64,000 bases of DNA from Orbicella franksi (taxonomy: Eukaryota). The notes under the pieces were generated by a model that did not search any database, was not told the DNA's origin, and saw only the letters and a list, made by a program, of their open reading frames with translations. The first letter of the stretch is position 1, and every line of letters begins with the position of its first letter. The stretch covers positions 22,878,001 through 22,942,000 of the forward strand of contig OZ116707.1 in NCBI GenBank assembly GCA_964199315.1. Reading direction: 5' to 3'. Shown piece after piece: positions 59,201 through 64,000 of the stretch. Made by a program: the position numbers and the translations under genes.

Positions 59201-62200
59201 ATTTGTGTATTTGTGTTCCTAACAGTTCTCTGGAGCAAATTTAAACTCCCGTGTAGAGAAGGTGAAGTAATGTGCCATATTGTTCTGTACAGACACTCAC
59301 TCACCTTGCTGGACTCGCTTTCAAAAGAGCATCAGAAGCACATCCGCTGGTTCTCATGTTCCATGGTGCAGATCTGATGGAAGCTTTTCTTCCTTGCAAG
59401 TGCAGGCGTCACAATTTTTCTGTATAAGCGACAGAGGCGATGAAATAGCAGGCACGAGCGTGGACGTCAGCCTTGGGAAGCCAGACTGTCGGGCTGCTAG
59501 TAAGTTTCATAAACAGTAACGATGACAAGGTTTGGAAGGGACGCAAAGAAAACGGCTCCCTTATTACAGAACATAGACTTCATTTGTAGTCCATAATTTA
59601 TTTCCATCCCGTTATTCCGTTGTGTTCATTGGTTCCTTGCCTTGTTCATTAGCTACTTGATCAAATACCTTTAAAACTGGTTCATTTTTCACAACAAGAC
59701 AAGGCGTTTTCATTGATTTTATGTGAAACTTTTGGTCCCTACGGCGGATGCCACCAAATAAGTTTGCTGTGTTATCTGATACGGCTGACTAGCCCGATGC
59801 AGTTTGTACGACAGCAAAGACGTGACATAAGTAGTCTAGCATCTTTTGGGAGGCCTTTTCAAGAATAAATGAGCAGCCAATTGGACTTATACTGAGGTTA
59901 ATTACGATGAGTACTACTCTTGAGATAACATAGACTATTTCTTACTTTGGTAGCCTCTTATGGATTCATAGTGACACCCTGCCAACGTGAACGCGCCCGT
60001 CACTTGCATCTCCCACTAATGGAGGGAAAGTACGTTCCCCGTTGCCGAGTTGACGGCACGTATGATGACGTGCAGTGTGATGTCGCGATAGGTCAATGCT
60101 GGTGTGTTGATCGAGATGGGAGGGAGTTCAGAGGAACTAGAAGCGCAGGTGTCATTAGGTGCCCTGGTGAAGGTACATATAAAAGGACTGATTAACAACT
60201 ATTTTTTTTACATTTTTTAGTTTAAGTGTCTGACCCTGGAGTTGAAATCTAGTAAAATGATAAAGATGTGCTGAATGCTGAGGAGAGTTTTTAAAAAGTC
60301 TTTCGATTCGTATTAGGTACCTTAGTGATGTGCGGTATGGATGGGATTCCCAGCGTATCTGCCAGTCCATTCAGTTCATTAATGCGTTGGTGAAGGATAT
60401 CTGAGCATATAGTGTTGCTTGTTTTTTTAGCTTGTAAAATGGTATCACGCTCATTTGATTGTATCTAATTCTCTTTCGCTCCTTTTTCTCTTAGTAGGAA
60501 ATCTCACATATTGCCAAAAACGCCAAAAGATAGCCTTGGAGTTATCTTTGAGTGGGCCTAATGTCTGGAACTTCATACCGAGGTGTCGTGCAGATGGCGG
60601 TTATCATGAAATTCAGTGTCACGTGGGCACAGGACAGTGCTGGTGCGTAGATATAAACGGAAACGAAATCCGGGGAACTACAGCCCGAGGATTGCCTGAC
60701 TGCGTAGGTTTGTAGCAACATCACAGCAAAATTTTGCCTTAAGTCAGCGAGTAGAAGGGAATTTTACTTCATGCAAGACATTGTTTGAATCGTAGTTTCC
60801 CTTAAGTGGAGGAGTTTTTTCTTATCACTTACATGTATCTACCTTACGGTCAGGCGATATTGTTGGATCTAAATGACATGCAAGATAATTTGATGTAAGA
60901 ATGTATTTTATCTTTTGATGTAATGAAATTATTATCTTTTACTGTAACAATTTTTGATGACCAATCTCAGTAAAAACCTTAGGATGAAACCATAGCAAGA
61001 AACCACTACTTACGGCTCCAATATCACCAGTATATTTTATTATTCCATATTTCCCCCCTTTTTTCTGGTATATATCCTGGGCACTTTATACATAACAGAG
61101 TATGTCCGAAGCTTTTTCATATGTAAATGGTTTGATTTCAGTAAATATAACCGCTTGCCAACGTCACAGAACACGAGCTCTTGGTCTGGCGGGAAATCCA
61201 CCTCCCGGAACTTACGTGCCACGCTGTAAACCTGACGGAAGTTACAATGATGTGCAATGTCACGGATATACCGGTCTTTGTTGGTGTGTGGACGAGAAAG
61301 GCAATGAAATACTGGGAACTAGGAAGTGGGGACGGCCTCACTGCGCCAGACTTCCACCAGGTAGGAGAATAATGGAGTCATTTATGATTTCCTGTGTCGC
61401 GACAAATCAGTAAAATATTTGATTTAACAGAATGAAATTTTGTTCGACATGCCTGTGGAAAATTCAATTTGGTTAAGCGTAAGTAAATGTTCGAATGAAT
61501 GATTAATGCCGTGGTTTACTAAATATAGCAAAGCAATAGGGTGGTTTTTAATTCGATTGTCTAAAGTAATTCCTATTTGCTTTGGTTTTACATGACTCCT
61601 CCAAATCAATCGCGACTTATTCACACACGTTCTCCGGCGTTTTGCGTCGGTTGCATGTATTCCCTTGGAGTTTTGATTGGTTCACAGGAGTGTGTGTGTC
61701 TTCTTTTATGAGTGATTCAGCATTCTGTAGTAGATATAGATTTTATAAGACTAAATTGAGAACAGCTCTAAAACTAATTTACAATTTCTTTGCCTCTCAG
61801 ACCACGAAACACCCCTAGACCTTGGTATTATGATCGACGCTTCCGACTCAGTTACAAAGGAAAACTGGCCGATCATGTTGGAATTCGTCTCCTCAGTTGT
61901 GGATTCTTTTGACATCTCCGCCAGAGGAACTCATATTGGACTTATTGTATTCAGCCGTGATGCGGAAATATCGCTATATTTTAACACCTTACAGGAAAAT
62001 AATCTCACTGCCACGAACGTGACTAAAGCTGTAAATAATCTTCAATATAAGGATGGTTGGAGTCGGTCTGACTTAGCATTGTTACTTGCTGAAGAAGAAC
62101 TCTTCAACGAGGCGACAGGAATGAGAATTGAAATTCCCAAGGTATAGCAAGGGTTCACTTTAACAAGGGAAATTTAGAGGGAGAGACGTTTTGCCTGCTA

Positions 62201-63890
62201 AGATGCAAGAACTAAAAGCCTTCCAATGATGACGAAAGGCTCGGAATTATACTATATGTAACCACTGAAAAATACGAGAATTACTACTATCATCTGTAAA
62301 ACAGGGCAACAAAAAGAGAACTACTTGCGATTTTTGATGTCTGGTTATTTTCTGTGTCCAGTCCGCGGAAACCTAACTAAATCTTTATGATTGATAACTA
62401 TATTACATGAAAGGGTTGGTTAGGTTTTCACAAACTGCACAGAAAATAACAAAACAGAACAAAATTGCATGTGCGCAGTGACGTCACAACGACTGGTGTT
62501 CCTTTTTTGGAAGTGACCAGGAAAAAAAAATTAAAATGTTGGCCTTTCAATTTCGAAAAATGACCACGGCTTTTGGCTGTATTTATTAATTTTGGTAGGA
62601 ACAATTTTATTTTCCTCCTTTTGTCTGCAAATTTTAGTAATTTCCATAACTTTCAGCGATTTCCAAAAAGATGATTGCTAGCTTTATATTCTCCTTTAAG
62701 GTTGTCCTGACAAAACTTGAGTTCATGGAATTATTGGGACGTTGTGGGTCTTTCACAGTTTAAAGAGAGTTCGAGACTTTGACCTTGCAGAAGTGTTCCT
62801 CCTTCCAGATTCTTTATCAGTAAATGTCACAATTAGTCTCCTAACCTTCTGTTCTGAAAGTCATGGAACATGTGCGTGAACACTACATGTTTATAGTGCT
62901 TCAGTCTTAATTACTTTAAGCAAAATAAGTGTCTTCTCACTTTTGGACCGCAGGCCCTTCTTGTGGTAACAAGTAGCAGTCAGGAAAGAAAGCAAGGACC
63001 TTACACTCCCTTGTCAGCAGCAGCTCAAGGACTTAGAGATAGAGGCGTGTCTATATATGTGATTGGTATTGGAGATAAAGTGAAAGTTGCTGAGCTCATG
63101 GATTTATCGTCGGATTACAGAAATGTGTTTGTTGCTGATGACTTCAGTACTGTCCGTTCTCGGGGTAAAGTGGTGACGGAAATAATCAAAAATGGAACTG
63201 AAGATTCCTCTAGAGGTAAGCTGAAGTTAACAGGCCTTAGAGTTGCCTTCTGCCTCTGTGGCAAAATAAGTCCTCCAGCGAAACCATTCGTATGGAAATG
63301 TGTCCCACCTACAGGTTCATTTTCACGCAAATCAAACTCATTTTCATATGAAACGTTTTGCACGAAGACTCGTTTTGAGACAGGGAACAGGTAACTCGGA
63401 AATGGCCTATTCCACTTTAGGAAATGCTGATGCATGTATTTCCTTGCAGAGGAAATTTAGATAAGTATACATGCAGGACTGAGCCGGTAATAATATAGTA
63501 CTATTGATTATTCTACCGTTTTTGAACACGTTTAATAAAATGTAATACAAAGAAACCTCGCTGTGCGATCATGGCCCCTAACCACAAATATAGCTACATG
63601 TGTTTTTAAGACATTGTAGTCTACAAATAAAGAAAGGCTTTGACTTCATTTTCAAAGTTTAAACTATTTCCTAGGCTATAACTTCAGTATTTAACTATTC
63701 AGCCATTTGACCCTTTTAGACTGGCTATGCAACCTGGCTCCAGAACCTGGTCAACTTGGATGCTTGGCATCAATATCTGCACACTACTTCGAGGCTACCT
63801 CTGGGGAATGCCTTACTTTTGTATACAGTGGGTGTGGGGGCAATGCCAACAACTTCCCGTCCTACGAAAAATGCATCGATAAGTGTAAAG
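41145..63890 (+). CDS. Gene B (multi-exon, 3' end beyond the window): giant secreted mosaic protein SP-WAP-Cys8-FS/Kazal-Ig-Kunitz-TYx17-VWA-Kunitz...
   Basis: 27 exons spliced manually, about 5,520 coding nt, all GT-AG, frame continuous. Confidence 0.9.
43551..43713. mobile_element. Short MITE with GGCGGATCC termini
   Basis: AGGCGGATCC / GGATCCGCCCCTG; ATGTA on both flanks. Confidence 0.6.
46670..47213 (-). repeat. (AAT/AAC)n microsatellites flanking a probable LINE 3' UTR relic with a ~100-bp tandem duplication
   Basis: Minus-strand AATAAA precedes a (TTA)n tail; 46944-47043 is duplicated at 47044-47144. Confidence 0.6.
47733..47936 (+). CDS. Gene B exon 2: basic propeptide (RRYRR) plus WAP domain
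   Basis: KEGRCP...C...CNWDGDCSGTQKCCRSTCETRTC (8 Cys); 204 nt, phase 1-1. Confidence 0.9.
48822..48915 (+). CDS. Gene B exon 3: first part of an unassigned 8-Cys module
   Basis: TTTGTTTCAG acceptor, AAG|GTAGTT donor, 94 nt, phase 1-2, ACPIDEVALNKDSSNCLPGRTRFCFKSNCK. Confidence 0.72.
49362..49432 (+). CDS. Gene B exon 4: second part of the unassigned 8-Cys module
   Basis: TTATTTTAG acceptor, GAG|GTAAAT donor, 71 nt, phase 2-1, CCYHYNTCNPNPELLMSRDECRR; complements exon 3 to restore phase 1. Confidence 0.72.
49796..50023 (+). CDS. Gene B exon 5: follistatin-N/Kazal domain
   Basis: LCSPRVC...VC...CSCLSKC...VCGTDGIPYNSACELNRTAC...GGC; 228 nt, phase 1-1. Confidence 0.93.
50662..50931 (+). CDS. 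Gene B exon 6: Ig (I-set-like) domain
   Basis: LTCRFEG...ITW...DSGMYKCKA; 270 nt, phase 1-1. Confidence 0.9.
51416..51622 (+). CDS. Gene B exon 7: Kunitz domain 1 (P1 Arg)
   Basis: CLQPRSTGYCRRYIVRWYF...CRPFVYGGCGGNKNNF...C...C; 207 nt, phase 1-1. Confidence 0.94.
52290..52517 (+). CDS. Gene B exon 8: TY1
   Basis: QCHGSVCFCMD; 228 nt, phase 1-1. Confidence 0.92.
53225..53431 (+). CDS. Gene B exon 9: TY2
   Basis: QCSGWTGFCWCVD; 207 nt, phase 1-1. Confidence 0.92.
53890..54102 (+). CDS. Gene B exon 10: TY3
   Basis: QCRGVICFCVD; 213 nt, phase 1-1. Confidence 0.92.
54762..54968 (+). CDS. Gene B exon 11: TY4
   Basis: QCHGPSNECWCVD; 207 nt, phase 1-1. Confidence 0.92.
55537..55752 (+). CDS. 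Gene B exon 12: TY5 (frame not in the ORF track)
   Basis: Manual translation LTACQKE...PRCRADGSY...QCAGGVCFCVS...QPNC; 216 nt, phase 1-1. Confidence 0.9.
55980..56180 (+). CDS. Gene B exon 13: TY6
   Basis: QCGKSSRDCWCVD; 201 nt, phase 1-1. Confidence 0.92.
56573..56779 (+). CDS. Gene B exon 14: TY7
   Basis: QCYGSYCYCVN; 207 nt, phase 1-1. Confidence 0.92.
56881..57087 (+). CDS. Gene B exon 15: TY8
   Basis: QCQGSTGECWCVD; 207 nt, phase 1-1. Confidence 0.92.
57328..57537 (+). CDS. Gene B exon 16: TY9
   Basis: QCQNLHCFCVD; 210 nt, phase 1-1. Confidence 0.92.
57676..57888 (+). CDS. Gene B exon 17: TY10
   Basis: QCLPVSSECWCVD; 213 nt, phase 1-1. Confidence 0.92.
58140..58352 (+). CDS. Gene B exon 18: TY11
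   Basis: QCEGFYCYCVN; 213 nt, phase 1-1; tandem CAG-CAG acceptor (58140 or 58143). Confidence 0.92.
58565..58774 (+). CDS. Gene B exon 19: TY12
   Basis: QCHGSSCFCVN; 210 nt, phase 1-1. Confidence 0.92.
58973..59182 (+). CDS. Gene B exon 20: TY13
   Basis: QCHSSTGPCWCVD; 210 nt, phase 1-1. Confidence 0.92.
59293..59499 (+). CDS. Gene B exon 21: TY14 (4-Cys variant with RGD)
   Basis: PWCRSDGSFSSLQVQASQFFCISDRGDEIAG...GKPDC; 207 nt, phase 1-1. Confidence 0.88.
59954..60172 (+). CDS. Gene B exon 22: TY15
   Basis: QCDVAIGQCWCVD; phase 1-1; acceptor at 59954 or the in-frame alternative at 59972. Confidence 0.88.
60498..60707 (+). CDS. Gene B exon 23: TY16
   Basis: QCHVGTGQCWCVD...GLPDC; tandem TAG-TAG acceptor; 210 nt, phase 1-1. 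Confidence 0.9.
61142..61360 (+). CDS. Gene B exon 24: TY17
   Basis: GTYVPRC...QCHGYTGLCWCVDEKGNEILGT...GRPHC; 219 nt, phase 1-1. Confidence 0.92.
61801..62141 (+). CDS. Gene B exon 25: VWA N-terminal half
   Basis: PLDLGIMIDASDS...HIGLIVFS; 341 nt, phase 1-0. Confidence 0.92.
62954..63215 (+). CDS. Gene B exon 26: VWA C-terminal half
   Basis: ALLVVTSS...VSIYVIGIG; 262 nt, phase 0-1. Confidence 0.9.
63229..63411. mobile_element. MITE with AATAGGCCATTTCCGAGTT-type termini
   Basis: Right end AACTCGGAAATGGCCTATT, degenerate left end AACAGGCCTTAGAGTT, internally palindromic. Confidence 0.65.
63720..63890 (+). CDS. Gene B exon 27: Kunitz domain 2 (P1 Leu, insertion in the binding loop)
   Basis: WLCNLAPEPGQLGCLASISAHYF...CLTFVYSGCGGNANNF...CIDKC; 171 nt, phase 1-1. 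Confidence 0.92.
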
Positions 63891-64000
63891 GTAAAAATAC
63901 GGTTATTTCTTCAAAGTCCTTAAAGTTATGATATACTTGAGACCATGTTCAGTGCTCAACTAACCTTTCTTTCGAACGCCTAAAAGGCGAAGCACTACAC

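Noticed and set aside
52290-61360. Calling gene B (or A) thyroglobulin
   Set aside because: Only type-1 repeats are present. No type-2/3 repeats or cholinesterase-like domain appear in the window, and the flanking WAP/Kazal/Ig/Kunitz/VWA domains are foreign to thyroglobulin.
149-63931. The many 60-130 aa ORFs antisense to or out of frame with exons, or within repeats
   Set aside because: They are shadows of real exons, microsatellites or repeat elements, with no independent coding signature.
1-64000. CRISPR arrays, rRNA, prokaryotic operons or defence systems
   Set aside because: No regularly spaced repeat-spacer array or rRNA-like sequence; the window is spliceosomal eukaryotic DNA.

Overview
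Intron-rich animal DNA, AT-rich with GT-AG spliceosomal introns. It is most likely cnidarian (stony coral/anthozoan), inferred from the repeat families and protein style. Two giant, divergently transcribed secreted-protein genes occupy the window, and both run off its edges. I spliced both by hand, and every junction keeps the reading frame. Gene A (minus strand, ATG at 30706, at least 34 exons, at least ~2,700 aa): signal - WAP - follistatin/Kazal - Ig - Kunitz - WAP - WAP - VWA - 6x thyroglobulin type-1 (TY) - 7x VWA - 3x TY - VWA, continuing past position 1. Gene B (plus strand, ATG at 41145, at least 27 exons, at least ~1,840 aa): signal - furin site - WAP - unassigned 8-Cys module - follistatin/Kazal - Ig - Kunitz - 17x TY - VWA - Kunitz, continuing past 64000. 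Both begin with the WAP-FS/Kazal-Ig-Kunitz order of chordate WFIKKN/GASP proteins and then carry different expansions of TY and VWA modules. They look like a head-to-head paralog pair of multi-class protease-inhibitor/matrix proteins. Other features: remodelled MIDAS-less VWA domains, alternating two-subtype TY arrays, an RGD-bearing TY domain lacking one disulfide, two GC-AG introns, and an intronic Penelope-like element carrying a minimal hammerhead ribozyme in gene A sense orientation. There are also SINEs, LINE relics, MITEs, microsatellites and one 140-nt assembly gap. No database searches were run, so novelty is unverified.
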